Assembly (NCBI GenBank): GCA_965219955.1
Contig: OZ244799.1
Location: forward strand, 4,192,001 to 4,256,000
Direction of reading: 5' to 3'
Length of the DNA: 64,000 bases
DNA from: a bacterium
Lineage (GTDB): Bacteria > UBA8248
Notes under the pieces: generated by a model
The model's input: only the letters and a program-made list of their open reading frames with translations
Database searches by the model: none
What the model was told of the DNA's origin: nothing
Translations under genes and position numbers: made by a program
In this document: positions 31,107-40,879 of the stretch, in pieces
Position numbering within the stretch: the stretch's first letter is position 1
Layout of the letters: every line of letters begins with the position of its first letter

Positions 31107-32411
31107 CTATGAAATGTGTGGTGATGAGAGCGCAGCCGTATCTCGCAGGCGCGCCCAGATATCGAGTTCCGCCTCCGCGATGCGCCTCCAGGCGAAAGAT
31201 TCCGCCCATCGGGTAGCCGCCCGGCAGGGACGCTCACGGGGGTTTTCGAGGGTTTGGATCATCTTCCGCGCGTAGGCGTTCGTGTCGCCGTCCGCGATGA
31301 GGTGTCCGCTTTTGCCCTCACTCACCGCCTGGGAGATTCCCCCCACGTCGAAGGCGAGCGTTGGCAGTCCGCACGCGGCCGCCTCGATTGCCGTCATGCC
31401 GAAGCTCTCATAGCGCGACGGCAGGGCGAAGAGGTCGGCAGCGGAATAATAAAGAGGCAAATCTTCCTGCGGCTTCGCTCCTGCGAAGATCAGGTTCTCC
31501 GCCACGCCGAGTCTGCCTGCCAGGTCTTCCAGACGCGCGACTTCCGCTCCCTGCGCGGGCGAGGCGAAATCCGTTGCGCCGTAGCTTTCTCCGGTTCTCG
31601 CCGCGCCTTCTCTTGTCTCGCCGCCTAAATGCAGAAGACGCGCATCCAGCTCCGGGCGTTCCTTGCGCATGTGGGCGAAGGCCTCGATCAGGCGGTCGAG
31701 TCCCTTCACGCGCTCGATGCGGCCCACGCTCAGGATATAGGCGGGGTCCGGCTTGAGGCCCAGACGCGCGCGCGCCTCGTTCTTCGGATGGGGCCTGAAG
31801 GTCTCCAGGTCCACGCCGCAGGGGACGACGTGGACTTCTGAACCGCCCGATATTTCGCTGATTGCGCGCGCCTCGGCGGGCGATGAGGCCAGAACTGCGT
31901 CCGCCGTCTGCGCGAGCCGGGGTTCGCTCGCCAGCCGCGTGTCGGACTCCCGCCTCGTGTCGCGCGGCAGGGCGTCGTTCTTGAGCGCGGCCAGGGTGTG
32001 GAAGCGGAGGGCGAGGGGAGCGCCCCACGTTTTGGCGAGCGTCTCTCCCGCAAGGCCCGAGAGCCAGTAGTGGGCGGAAACGCCGTCATAGTGCGCGCCG
32101 TCTTTCTCAGCGAACGCTGCGACGCCCCGCGCGAAGGCGTCGGCGTGTTCGACTTGCGCGTCCTTGTCGAGTCTTATCCTGGGCCCCGCCTCGACGCGGA
32201 TGAGGCGCGCCCCCGCCGCGATGGAGACCTCTCTGGCGGCCGAGGCCGATTCCAGTCGCGTGAAGACGTCCGCACCGACGCCGAGGCTTGCGAGCGCCTT
32301 CGCTACCTCGCGGGCGTAGACGTTCATCCCGCCCGTGAAGTCGCCCCCCAGGGGAGCGAGAGGGTCGGTGTGCATCGAGAGGATGGCGAGACGGGTGGCC
32401 TCTGCTCTCAT
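31107..32411 (-). CDS. GT4 glycosyltransferase, MshA-like
   Basis: LSMHTDPL..GGMNVY, AHYWLSG, FHTLA, PSRYESFG..AIEAAACG. Confidence 0.88.
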   Translation of the reverse strand: MRAEATRLAILSMHTDPLAPLGGDFTGGMNVYAREVAKALASLGVGADVFTRLESASAAREVSIAAGARLIRVEAGPRIRLDKDAQVEHADAFARGVAAFAEKDGAHYDGVSAHYWLSGLAGETLAKTWGAPLALRFHTLAALKNDALPRDTRRESDTRLASEPRLAQTADAVLASSPAEARAISEISGGSEVHVVPCGVDLETFRPHPKNEARARLGLKPDPAYILSVGRIERVKGLDRLIEAFAHMRKERPELDARLLHLGGETREGAARTGESYGATDFASPAQGAEVARLEDLAGRLGVAENLIFAGAKPQEDLPLYYSAADLFALPSRYESFGMTAIEAAACGLPTLAFDVGGISQAVSEGKSGHLIADGDTNAYARKMIQTLENPRERPCRAATRWAESFAWRRIAEAELDIWARLRDTAALSSPHIS

Positions 32412-33427
32412 CTGGCGTCCCTCTCGATTTGGATGCGCATCACGCGCTCATCCTGCGCGCCGAAGCGGTATTTGTAGGCCTCATCGCCCCTCAGGAGATC
32501 GAAGCTGGAACGTCCCGCCTGAATCGCTTCTTCCACGTTGTGGGCGAGCAGCACCAGGCCCCCGCTCAGTTCGTGCTCCACCGGGTCGAAGCCCGAGTTG
32601 TAGAGATAGATTCTGTCGCCGTAATCGAACGAGAGGTTGGCCGCGACGGGGTGGCCGTCCACCCGCATGATCGACAAATCCAGACAACCGAGTTCGAGCA
32701 TCGCCTTGGTCACGTCTCCGAAAAAAGCCCTCCTGTCGGCGTTCCAGAAATCCGCCTTCTCCGGCTGGCTCAGCGCGTGGAGGGTGATGAAATCCTCCAG
32801 ATCGGAGGCCAGCGCGTCCGCCGATTCCGTCCGCTCGTACGCCAGCCCCGCCTCCATGTTGGCCTTGCGAATCTTGCGCCTCAGGTCGCGTTCGTCCCGC
32901 GGCGCGAGCATCCCGGTGTATTCATCCCAAGAGTCGGGAAGGGCGATGACGGGGCAGACCTCTTCTTCGGATATCGAGGCGGCCCCGCCCGTCAACTCCT
33001 CTATCGCCGCGACCGTCGGGGAAGCTTCGGGAATCCCGCGCAGGGAGAGTTCACACCATGCGGGCGCGTCCGGCTCGTCCAGGGCGGAGAGAACCGCCCG
33101 CCAGCAGGCGAGGTGCGCTCCGTCGGCGGCGATGATGTCCAAGTAGTCCGAGAGGTCGTCCCCGCCCGTCAGGCGCAGCCGCCCGCCCTCGCTCAGCACG
33201 AAGGGCGCCACGCCCGTGAGCGCGCCGCCCTCGTCTCGCATGGCGTATAGATGCAGTTCGCCCGCGCCGAAGTTCCGCCACCACGCAGCGTGCCACGCGG
33301 GGTCGTAGAACGGGTGCGCGTGGGCGGAGCGGGCCATCAGCGCGCGCCATTCGGTTTCCAGGCCCGTGAACGCCTCGGGCGAGGTGAAGGCTTCTATCTG
33401 CAATGAGGAACAAGAACTTTGCGACAT
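32408..33427 (-). CDS. GNAT-fold protein (Acetyltransf_6, CelD/BcsL/Fem-like)
   Basis: SDYLD, YLYNSGFD, FDLLRGDEAYKYRFG. True start ATG 33427; the longer track ORF overlaps the upstream gene. Confidence 0.85.
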   Translation of the reverse strand: MSQSSCSSLQIEAFTSPEAFTGLETEWRALMARSAHAHPFYDPAWHAAWWRNFGAGELHLYAMRDEGGALTGVAPFVLSEGGRLRLTGGDDLSDYLDIIAADGAHLACWRAVLSALDEPDAPAWCELSLRGIPEASPTVAAIEELTGGAASISEEEVCPVIALPDSWDEYTGMLAPRDERDLRRKIRKANMEAGLAYERTESADALASDLEDFITLHALSQPEKADFWNADRRAFFGDVTKAMLELGCLDLSIMRVDGHPVAANLSFDYGDRIYLYNSGFDPVEHELSGGLVLLAHNVEEAIQAGRSSFDLLRGDEAYKYRFGAQDERVMRIQIERDAR

Positions 33428-33477
33428 CGGGATTCCTTCGCATCCATCGCGCCCGCGGGCGCGCGTTGATTCCGCCG

Positions 33478-34071
33478 CTACGCGAACTCCAGGCCTACGA
33501 ACGTGGCCGCCGGGTGTCCCTCCAGCGGGTCCGAGAGGCGCGAGCTGGTGAAGACGAAAAACCGGTTGTGGTAGAGCGTCTGGAACTGGATGAAGCCCGC
33601 CTTGTCCACGCCGCGCCTCGACGGGGTGTTCTTCGCCTCCACGAAGATGAGCGAGCGCGTGAGGCCCAGCTTCTCCCCGTATTCGAGCGCGCGCCTGAGC
33701 ACGGCGGGGTAGAGGTTCCGCCCCCGCCAGGGCTCCAGCGTGAAGGCGTCGTAGAGATAGATTTCCTTGGGTCCGGGCTTCACGGCCTTGTCGATCTCCT
33801 CCACGCCCACCACGCCGCGCGCGCCCCAGATGTAGCTCACCGCCTTGCCGTCTTCGAGCGCGACGAAGCACTTCTCGCCCCGCTCGAAGCGCCGCGCCGT
33901 CAGGCTCTCGCCCTGGACGTCGGTGATGAGGTGGCGGTTCTCCGAAGCGGCTTCGAGGATGATGTGCTCCACCTCAATTCTCGCCTCGCTCGGCGGTATT
34001 TCTTCTGTGTGCAGAAAATCATACAGGCAAAGCTCCACCGACGTGAGGAATGTGTTTTTGAGGAAATCCAA
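33478..34071 (-). CDS. GNAT acetyltransferase
   Basis: YDAFTLEPWRGRNLY motif A; NTPSRR..KAGF motif B. Confidence 0.8.
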   Translation of the reverse strand: MDFLKNTFLTSVELCLYDFLHTEEIPPSEARIEVEHIILEAASENRHLITDVQGESLTARRFERGEKCFVALEDGKAVSYIWGARGVVGVEEIDKAVKPGPKEIYLYDAFTLEPWRGRNLYPAVLRRALEYGEKLGLTRSLIFVEAKNTPSRRGVDKAGFIQFQTLYHNRFFVFTSSRLSDPLEGHPAATFVGLEFA

Positions 34072-34086
34072 AAGGGGATGACTCCT

Positions 34087-35109
34087 TTACTTGAGAAGCG
34101 CGTCCAGGAAGGGCTCGAGCGAAGCATGAAGAGGCCCCAGGTCCCTCCTTTTTTCGAAATGCTCCTGCACCATCCGGACGGTATGCGGAATGCTCGCCAG
34201 GTAGCGCTCCGCCCCGCGGGCCGCCTTTTGATAGGCGAACGTGCCGATGGCCTTCAGGTTTCGCTGTATGGCTGTCCCGCGCAGGGCGCGTTCGTATTCT
34301 TCTTTAGCCGAGAAGAGGCGGTGGCCGCAAGTCTCCCAGTAGCGCGTGACGAGGTATTCCCGCTGTTCGTCCCCCAGGTCGACGTAGCTGTCGAAGACGA
34401 GAGAGGCCAAATCATAGGTGGCCGGCCCCATGCGCGCGTCCTGAAAATCGATGGCGATCACCGCCTCATCCAGCACCATCAGGTTCCTGCTGTGGTAGTC
34501 GCGGTGGGTGAGGCGGAAGGGAATCCGGCAGATTTCCCCGCACAATTCGCCAAAAACCGCATCGAGCGCGCGCTCATCCGTCTCCATGCCCAGAAGGCTC
34601 TCGAAGGCGTATTTGCGCGTGTGGTGGAGTTCGTTCGTGAAGAATTCCGCGTCGAAGCGCCGCGTAAGCGCAACTCTCTCGCTTGCGGGCGCGCTCGGAG
34701 TTTCCTGCATGGCGGCCATCATGTCGAGCGCGGCGTCGTAGTGCGGCCTGGCTTCCTCCCATCCACCGCGCCGCCATGCGTCTTCGAGCGATTCATCGCC
34801 GCAGTCTTCCAGGAGGATGACGCCCGCCGCCTCGTCCATCCCGAAAATCTCAGGCACCCTTATGCCGATCTCACTAAAATGCGCCTGCACGTCGATGAAG
34901 GGGAGCGTCTCTTTCGTGAAGGACTCGGGCATGATCATGCCGACAGAACTTGGCCGCCCGCCGCCTGCGTGCGTGAGGCGGGCGTAGTCGCGCGTCGAGG
35001 CGTCGCCGGCAAGCGGCGTGAGCGAGGAGACATCCGCGCCGAAATGCTCCTGCGCCAGTGTTTTCAGTCGCTCGTGCGCACGGGTCTGCTCCGCGAGGTG
35101 CGCCTTCAT
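34087..35109 (-). CDS. AmgK-like MurNAc/GlcNAc kinase (APH family)
   Basis: LAGDASTRDY, LLEDCG, HRDYHSRNLM, IDFQDARMGP..YDL.SL, QRNLKAIGTF. Confidence 0.85.
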   Translation of the reverse strand: MKAHLAEQTRAHERLKTLAQEHFGADVSSLTPLAGDASTRDYARLTHAGGGRPSSVGMIMPESFTKETLPFIDVQAHFSEIGIRVPEIFGMDEAAGVILLEDCGDESLEDAWRRGGWEEARPHYDAALDMMAAMQETPSAPASERVALTRRFDAEFFTNELHHTRKYAFESLLGMETDERALDAVFGELCGEICRIPFRLTHRDYHSRNLMVLDEAVIAIDFQDARMGPATYDLASLVFDSYVDLGDEQREYLVTRYWETCGHRLFSAKEEYERALRGTAIQRNLKAIGTFAYQKAARGAERYLASIPHTVRMVQEHFEKRRDLGPLHASLEPFLDALLK

Positions 35110-35957
35110 GCGGGACTCGTCTTGACCTGTGAGGCGAGGGCTTTTATGGCGCGCCCCGCGGCGGCCAGCGTCTCGGCGTAAGGTTCGTCTTTTCTTCTGA
35201 GTTCGAGCGCGAGCGTTCCCGGGTAGTCTCGCGCGTCGAGCGCAGCGAAGAAAGAGGGCCACTCGAACGCGCCCTCGCCGGGTATCAGGTGCGCGTCGTT
35301 TCTTCCGTCGTTGTCGTGCAGGTGCGTCGCGGCGCAGAGGGGCGCCAGCCGCTCGATGGCGTTTTGCGTTTTTTCCCCCTCGGTGATGAGGGCGTGGCCG
35401 GTGTCGATGCAGATTTTGAGTCTTGGATGATCGAGGCGTGCCACGAACCCGGCCAAAGGCTCCGCGCGGCCCAGAGCGGAGGGGATGTTCTCGAGCGCCA
35501 AAACCGCGTCCAACGCTTCGGCCAAGGGGAGAAGACGTGCAATGCTTTCCTCCAGCGCCTCGCAGGTGTCCCCGTCTCCCGCCTTGCCCGGCGCGCTCGG
35601 GTGGAGCACGGCGATTCTCGCGCCCAGCGGGCGGAAGGCGCGTATCGCCTGAATCGTTTTCTGGAGCGCATCTGCGCGCGCATCTGCATCTGGAGCGGCG
35701 AGAGAGAGCCATCGTCCTTGTCTCGCATCGCTCAGATCGGCGTAAAAAGGCGCATGGAAGGTGGATGTCGTGAGGGAGAGGTCCGCCATCCAGCCCTTGA
35801 GGCTTTCAAGCCTGCCCTCATCGCCCGCGTCGAAATTGGGCGTCATCGCCCAAAGCTCGATTTTCCCGAAACCGGCTTCGGCCGCCTCTTTCAAGTGCTC
35901 GAAGCGGAGAGATTCATAGGCGAACAGGTGCGCGGAGAGGGCGTAGTCGCGTGCCAA
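35106..35957 (-). CDS. Sugar phosphate isomerase/epimerase (AP_endonuc_2 TIM barrel)
   Basis: FHAPF, LALEN, CIDTGH, HLHDNDG..DAHL.PG; TTG start assumed. Confidence 0.85.
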   Translation of the reverse strand: MARDYALSAHLFAYESLRFEHLKEAAEAGFGKIELWAMTPNFDAGDEGRLESLKGWMADLSLTTSTFHAPFYADLSDARQGRWLSLAAPDADARADALQKTIQAIRAFRPLGARIAVLHPSAPGKAGDGDTCEALEESIARLLPLAEALDAVLALENIPSALGRAEPLAGFVARLDHPRLKICIDTGHALITEGEKTQNAIERLAPLCAATHLHDNDGRNDAHLIPGEGAFEWPSFFAALDARDYPGTLALELRRKDEPYAETLAAAGRAIKALASQVKTSPA

Positions 35958-36048
35958 GGGTTTTCCTTCGGTGAGGGGGCGGTGAAGCGCGCTTGATGGC
36001 CCGTGATTATACGCACCGAAACGAAGCAGCGGCAACGCGAACTTGTGC

Positions 36049-36460
36049 GGGGTTGTTTAAAAAGCCCCCCGATGTGGGAAACCCACCGTCATTCCGGCGA
36101 AAGCCGGAATCCATTTTATGATTTTGCTTTTGTTTTCGCATTTGATTGTGACTCGCGGAAGGGAACGCCGCGCCCGAATCCGGAACGGATGAGGCGGATA
36201 TATATGGCGGCGTCCGTATCTTCCCCAGTCGGGAGAGAGGACGGCTGGGCGAAAGGCCAAAGACAAAGGCGAAAATGGATTCCGGCTTTCGCCGGAATGA
36301 CGAACAAAATCACATCGCCTCTTGTAGGGACAGGCCTCCGTGCCTGTCCTTCCCTCCGTGGTTGTCCTTTGTCAGGACAGGCACGGAGGCCTGTCCCTAC
36401 GATGAACAATTCGATGATCGGGATTCCCTCCCTCTCCAGGAGGACTTTTTCCACAACCCC
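36049..36460. mobile_element. MITE-like composite carrying GTCATTCC and GTAG REP doublets
   Basis: Degenerate TIRs GGGGTTGTTTAAAAA / TTTTTCCACAACCCC enclosing both REP families. Confidence 0.7.
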
Positions 36461-36500
36461 ATGCGCGCGGCTCACAAGATGAAAAATCCCCTCACACCTG

Positions 36501-36546
36501 TTGACAAGGGCGGGTGCGGGCTGGTAGTGGTCATACCATCTGACCA
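36501..36546 (+). promoter_or_regulatory. Promoter and FadR-type operator
   Basis: TTGACA at 36501; TGGTCA-taccatc-TGACCA palindrome at 36528-36546. Confidence 0.65.
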
Positions 36547-36612
36547 GGAAGTTTTCAGGTTGATAAAAACAGTGATAATCCCCGTTCGGTTTCCCTCATC
36601 GCTCGGGATGGC

Positions 36613-37371
36613 TTGCGTCCCCAGGGAGGCGGTTTCTTGCTCAGGCCGGTGAGAAAAACGAGGCTCTACGAAGACGTGGTCGAGCAGATCCAGCAGCTCA
36701 TCCGCAAGCGCAAGCTCACGCCCGGCGACAGGCTGCCCTCTGAGCGCGAACTCGCGGTGACGCTCGGCATCGGGCGGCCCTCGGTGCGCGAAGCCCTGCG
36801 CGCCCTCGACACCACGGGGCTGATTGAAGTCAGGAGCGGGCAGGGCGCGTATCTCCGCAACCTCACGGTCGACCCCTATCTCGCCACGGTGCGCGAGAGC
36901 CTCGCGTTTCTGCTCGACGTGAAGGAAGACACCCTGCTCGAACTCTGGGAGGTGCGGCAGGGGCTGGAGGAACAGATCGCGCGCCTGACGGCGGAGCGCC
37001 GGACGCAAGCGCAGATCGAGCGCCTGCGCGGCCACACCGAGGAGATGCGAAAGCGCATCGACAGGCCCGAAGCCTTCGTGCGCGCGGGCGTCGCCTGGCA
37101 CCGCGCGCTCTGCGAAGCGGCGGAAAACGCCGTTTTGCGGACGGTGTGGGAAGCCATCGCGGGGCTGATTGAGAAGAGCCAGCGGCGGATCATCGGAACG
37201 CCCGGCCAGCCGGTCGAGGCGCTGCGCCAGCACGAGAAGCTGCTTGCGGCCGTCGAGGCGGGTGACTCGGAGAAAGCCGCGCTCGCCATGCGCGAGCACA
37301 TGGCGGCCGAAGGCGCGCGGCTGAAAGAAGCGCTGGCCGTATCCCGAAACGGAGGTGCAGTGCGCGTCTGA
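36613..37371 (+). CDS. GntR/FadR family transcriptional regulator
   Basis: PGDRLPSERELA..GRPSVREAL wHTH plus FCD domain. Confidence 0.93.
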   Translation: MRPQGGGFLLRPVRKTRLYEDVVEQIQQLIRKRKLTPGDRLPSERELAVTLGIGRPSVREALRALDTTGLIEVRSGQGAYLRNLTVDPYLATVRESLAFLLDVKEDTLLELWEVRQGLEEQIARLTAERRTQAQIERLRGHTEEMRKRIDRPEAFVRAGVAWHRALCEAAENAVLRTVWEAIAGLIEKSQRRIIGTPGQPVEALRQHEKLLAAVEAGDSEKAALAMREHMAAEGARLKEALAVSRNGGAVRV

Positions 37372-37467
37372 GGAATGAGCGGGCGCGCTTTATGGTTGTC
37401 GTAATTTTCGGACGTTTTTTGCTGTTGTTTTTGTAACGCTTCACCCAAATTTCTAGGAGGAATTTTC

Positions 37468-38817
37468 ATGGTGGAAATGAGCAAACAGGGCATGCCGATG
37501 GACTTTCTGCAGAAAGAGCACTACCAGTCCCCCCGGCGCGTCTATAGCCAGACGGGCAGCGACTGGCAGCGCCGCGTCGACTTCGACCAGATGCGCAAAG
37601 ATCGTCTCGCCCGCGCCAAGGCGATGATGGAAAAGCACGACATGGACGCCATCATCATGTACAAGGGCGAGAACGTCCGCTACACCGCGTCGGTCTTCCA
37701 GGGCAACTGGAAGAACAACATCTTCATCCGCTACGCCGTGCTCTGCCGGGGTGCGGACACGCCGGTGCTTTTCGAGACGGCCGGCTCCGACTATGAGTGC
37801 GCCAAGATCGACGCGCCCTGGCTCGAGGGCAACATCCGCCCCGCCATCACCTGGAAGTGGTCCGAGACCGCCGAGCAGATGATGGTGAACCGCATGGCGG
37901 ATTCGGTCATCGACGTTCTCAAGGAGAACGACATTCCGCTCAACGGCCGGATCGGCATCGACATCATGGACATGCAGGCCTACAGCGCCTTCACCGAGAA
38001 GGGCGTGAACCTGGTGAACGCGTGGCCGGCGATGAGCGAGGCGCGCGTCATCAAGACGCCCGAGGAGATCGAGTGCCTGAAGATAAGCTCGACCATCGGC
38101 GACACCTGCATGTGGAAGATCAGGAACGAGTGGCTCAAGCCCGGCATCCGCGAGTGCGACCTCACCGCGTGGGTGAACAACCTGCTCTATGAAGAGGGCT
38201 TCGACTTCGTCTACGACATCATCGTCGCCTCGGGCGGCAACACGAGCCCCTACCGCCGCTGGCACACCGACAAGATGATCAGGGACGGCGACCTCGTCGT
38301 CGTCGACATCAACGCCATCGGCCCCGGCGGCTACTTCGTCGACTACGTGCGCTGCTTCAAGTGCGGCGGCGGCTGGACGAAGAAGGAAAAAGAGCTCTAC
38401 AGAGAGGTCTACGACACGATGTACGCGGGCATGACCCAGCTCGTGCCGGGCAAGACGTCGAAGGACGTGGCCGAGCAGTTCCCCGTCTACGCCGATGACA
38501 AGTACGGCACGGTGACGCTCCAGCAGTTCGCGCACTCCATCGGCCTCGACCTTTACGAGGGCATGTGGATCAGCCGCGCCTACAGCCTGGATTACCCGGT
38601 CGAGATCAAGGAGAACATGTACTTCGCCATCGAGACGTTCGCAGGGCATCCGGGACTCCCCCAGACGGTGCGCCTGGAAGAGAACGTGCTCGTCGGCCCC
38701 GACGGCCCCATCGTCTTCACGGGCTCCTCGCACTACGACGAGTGCATCGAGGATTCGCCCTACTTCGACTTCTCGGCGAAGTCGCGCGGCGAGCCCCGCT
38801 TCGAGCTGCCCGAATAG
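37468..38817 (+). CDS. M24 (Xaa-Pro peptidase/creatinase fold) metalloenzyme
   Basis: ENVRY, ARVIKTPEEI, D..D, HSIG, E, E metal ligands. Confidence 0.88.
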   Translation: MVEMSKQGMPMDFLQKEHYQSPRRVYSQTGSDWQRRVDFDQMRKDRLARAKAMMEKHDMDAIIMYKGENVRYTASVFQGNWKNNIFIRYAVLCRGADTPVLFETAGSDYECAKIDAPWLEGNIRPAITWKWSETAEQMMVNRMADSVIDVLKENDIPLNGRIGIDIMDMQAYSAFTEKGVNLVNAWPAMSEARVIKTPEEIECLKISSTIGDTCMWKIRNEWLKPGIRECDLTAWVNNLLYEEGFDFVYDIIVASGGNTSPYRRWHTDKMIRDGDLVVVDINAIGPGGYFVDYVRCFKCGGGWTKKEKELYREVYDTMYAGMTQLVPGKTSKDVAEQFPVYADDKYGTVTLQQFAHSIGLDLYEGMWISRAYSLDYPVEIKENMYFAIETFAGHPGLPQTVRLEENVLVGPDGPIVFTGSSHYDECIEDSPYFDFSAKSRGEPRFELPE

Positions 38818-38931
38818 CGGTTGTTGCCTCCCGTCCGTGTCCCCGCCGCCTGGGGCGCGGGCGGGAGCGTTTTTCATATTCGAAATGCAGGGGAATCGCC
38901 TCCCGAAAAAGGCGAATAGGAGAATCATGAG

Positions 38932-40152
38932 ATGAGCGAACCCTGGAACACCGATATGTGGTTCACCAGCCCGTGGAACTTCGAGGGCGAGGTGACCTCC
39001 GGCATCAATTTCGACCCCAACCCCAAGGTCCACGACGTGACGCTCCGGGACGGGGAGCAGCAGGCGGGCGTCATGTTCAACAAGGACGAGAAGATCCGCA
39101 TCGCCGAGGCCCTGGCCGAGACGGGCGTGCACCGCATCGAGGCCGGCATGCCGGTGGTCTCGCCGTCGGACGAGGCGGCGATCCGCGAGATCGTCAAGCG
39201 CCTCGAAGGCACGGATACGGAAGTCTTCAGCTTCGCGCGCTGCATGGCGGACGACGTGAAGCGCTCTGCCGACACGGGCGTCAAGGGCGTCGTGATGGAA
39301 GTGCCGAGTTCCACGCACATGATCGAGCGCGCCTACAAGTGGGAACTGGATAAAGCCATCGACACCTCCGTCAAGGCGACGCAGGTGGCGAAGGAATGCG
39401 GCCTCTACACCGTGTTCTTCCCCATCGACTTCTCCCGCGCCCCGCTCGACTGGGTGCTGGGCCTGCTCAAGAAAGTGGCGACCGAGGGCCACATGGACGC
39501 GCTGGCCATCGTGGACACGTTCGGCGTGCTCAGCCCCCACACCGTGCCCTACGTCATCAAGAAGATGCGCGAGGTCTTCCCGGACGAGCCCTTCGAGCCC
39601 CACTTCCACGACGATTACGGGATGGGCGTGGCGAATACGCTCATGGCGATGGCCGAGGGCTGCCAGGTGGCGCAGACTTCCGTGAGCGGCATCGGCGAGC
39701 GCGCGGGCAACGCGGCGTATGAGGAACTCGCTCTCGCCATGCTCACCATGTACGACGTGGATATGGGTCTCAAGACCGAGAAGTTCACCGAGGTCTCGCG
39801 CCTCGTGCAGGAGTGCGGGCGCATCAGCCTGGCGCCCAACCGCTGCGTCGTGGGCGACAACCTCTACGACATCGAGAGCGGCATCATCGTGAGCTGGCTC
39901 AAGAACTGCGAGAAGGACTTCCCGACCGAACTCGTGCCCTTCCGCGCCGGCCTGGTCGGCCAGAGCGAACCCGAGCCCGTCATCGGCAAGGGGAGCGGCA
40001 TCGATTCCATCAACCTCTTCCTGGAGCAGCTGGGCATCACGGCGTCCGAAGAAGAGAAGATGGCGCTCCTGATGGATGTCAAGGAGAAATCCCTGAGCCT
40101 CCATCGCCTCCTCACGATGGACGAGTTCAAGGAACTGGCTGGAGCGAAGTAG
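38932..40152 (+). CDS. DRE-TIM metallolyase (HMGL-like / homocitrate synthase-like)
   Basis: DVTLRDGEQ, HFHDDYG, GIGERAGN. Confidence 0.88.
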   Translation: MSEPWNTDMWFTSPWNFEGEVTSGINFDPNPKVHDVTLRDGEQQAGVMFNKDEKIRIAEALAETGVHRIEAGMPVVSPSDEAAIREIVKRLEGTDTEVFSFARCMADDVKRSADTGVKGVVMEVPSSTHMIERAYKWELDKAIDTSVKATQVAKECGLYTVFFPIDFSRAPLDWVLGLLKKVATEGHMDALAIVDTFGVLSPHTVPYVIKKMREVFPDEPFEPHFHDDYGMGVANTLMAMAEGCQVAQTSVSGIGERAGNAAYEELALAMLTMYDVDMGLKTEKFTEVSRLVQECGRISLAPNRCVVGDNLYDIESGIIVSWLKNCEKDFPTELVPFRAGLVGQSEPEPVIGKGSGIDSINLFLEQLGITASEEEKMALLMDVKEKSLSLHRLLTMDEFKELAGAK

Positions 40153-40212
40153 GATTCCCGCTTCCGCAGGCGCGGGCTGGTTTTCTTCCCGCGCACGGCA
40201 TCAAACGAAACG

Positions 40213-40245
40213 AAAAGGGCGGCTCGCGAGGGCCGCCCTTTTTTT
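40213..40245 (+). terminator. Rho-independent terminator
   Basis: AAAAGGGCGGC..GCCGCCCTTTTTTT. Confidence 0.8.
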
Positions 40246-40263
40246 CGCGGCCAGACCTGAGGA

Positions 40264-40779
40264 GCCGTTGGAAAAATCCTGATTCTGTGATTCTGTGTAT
40301 GGAGCCGACCGGGGAGGCCGCTCAGGACAGGCACGGAGGCCTGTCCCTACGATTTCGATTCAAAACGCAGGAGATTGTGTAGGGACAACCCTCTGTGGTT
40401 GTCCTGCCCCCTGTGGTCGCCCGATTGGCTGGGTAGAAGGGTCTGTAGGGACAGGTCGTGACCTGTCCGAGGCCGCTTTGATCGTCATTCCGGCGGACAT
40501 TGCCCTTGAACGGCATCGCCAACCAACGAGAGAGAAGAAAACCACTCCCCCCTTATTTTCCACTCCGTCTGAGTGTGTAAAATCACTCCCCCCTTGAGGG
40601 GGAGTCGCAGAAGCCGAGCGTTTTTTGCGAAGGCTGATGCGGTGGGGGGTAAAATGCGTTTTACCGCCATTCCGAATTATACCCCCCACCGAATCGCTTT
40701 CGGGCTTACGCCCTTAGCTCTTCGACTCCCCCTCAAGGGGGGAGTGGTTCCTCTCTCCTCGGACTTTTTCAACAACTCC
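40264..40779. repeat. Composite cluster including an intact 163-bp CACTCCCCCCTTGAGGGGGAGT element (40584-40746)
   Basis: GTAG REP triplet plus an element nearly identical to the inverted copy at 54542-54704. Confidence 0.85.
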
Positions 40780-40879
40780 GTCGCGGGACGTGTTCCAAGA
40801 CGATAGACTTGTCATCCCTCCTTCCTTTATCATTTCCCCATCGAACGGATTCCGACTCCCCGCACCGGAGGACATTCCC

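Noticed and set aside
37468-38817. Calling the M24 protein the DMSP lyase DddP
   Set aside because: Only fold-level motifs are shared, and the N-terminal region differs from DddP as recalled.
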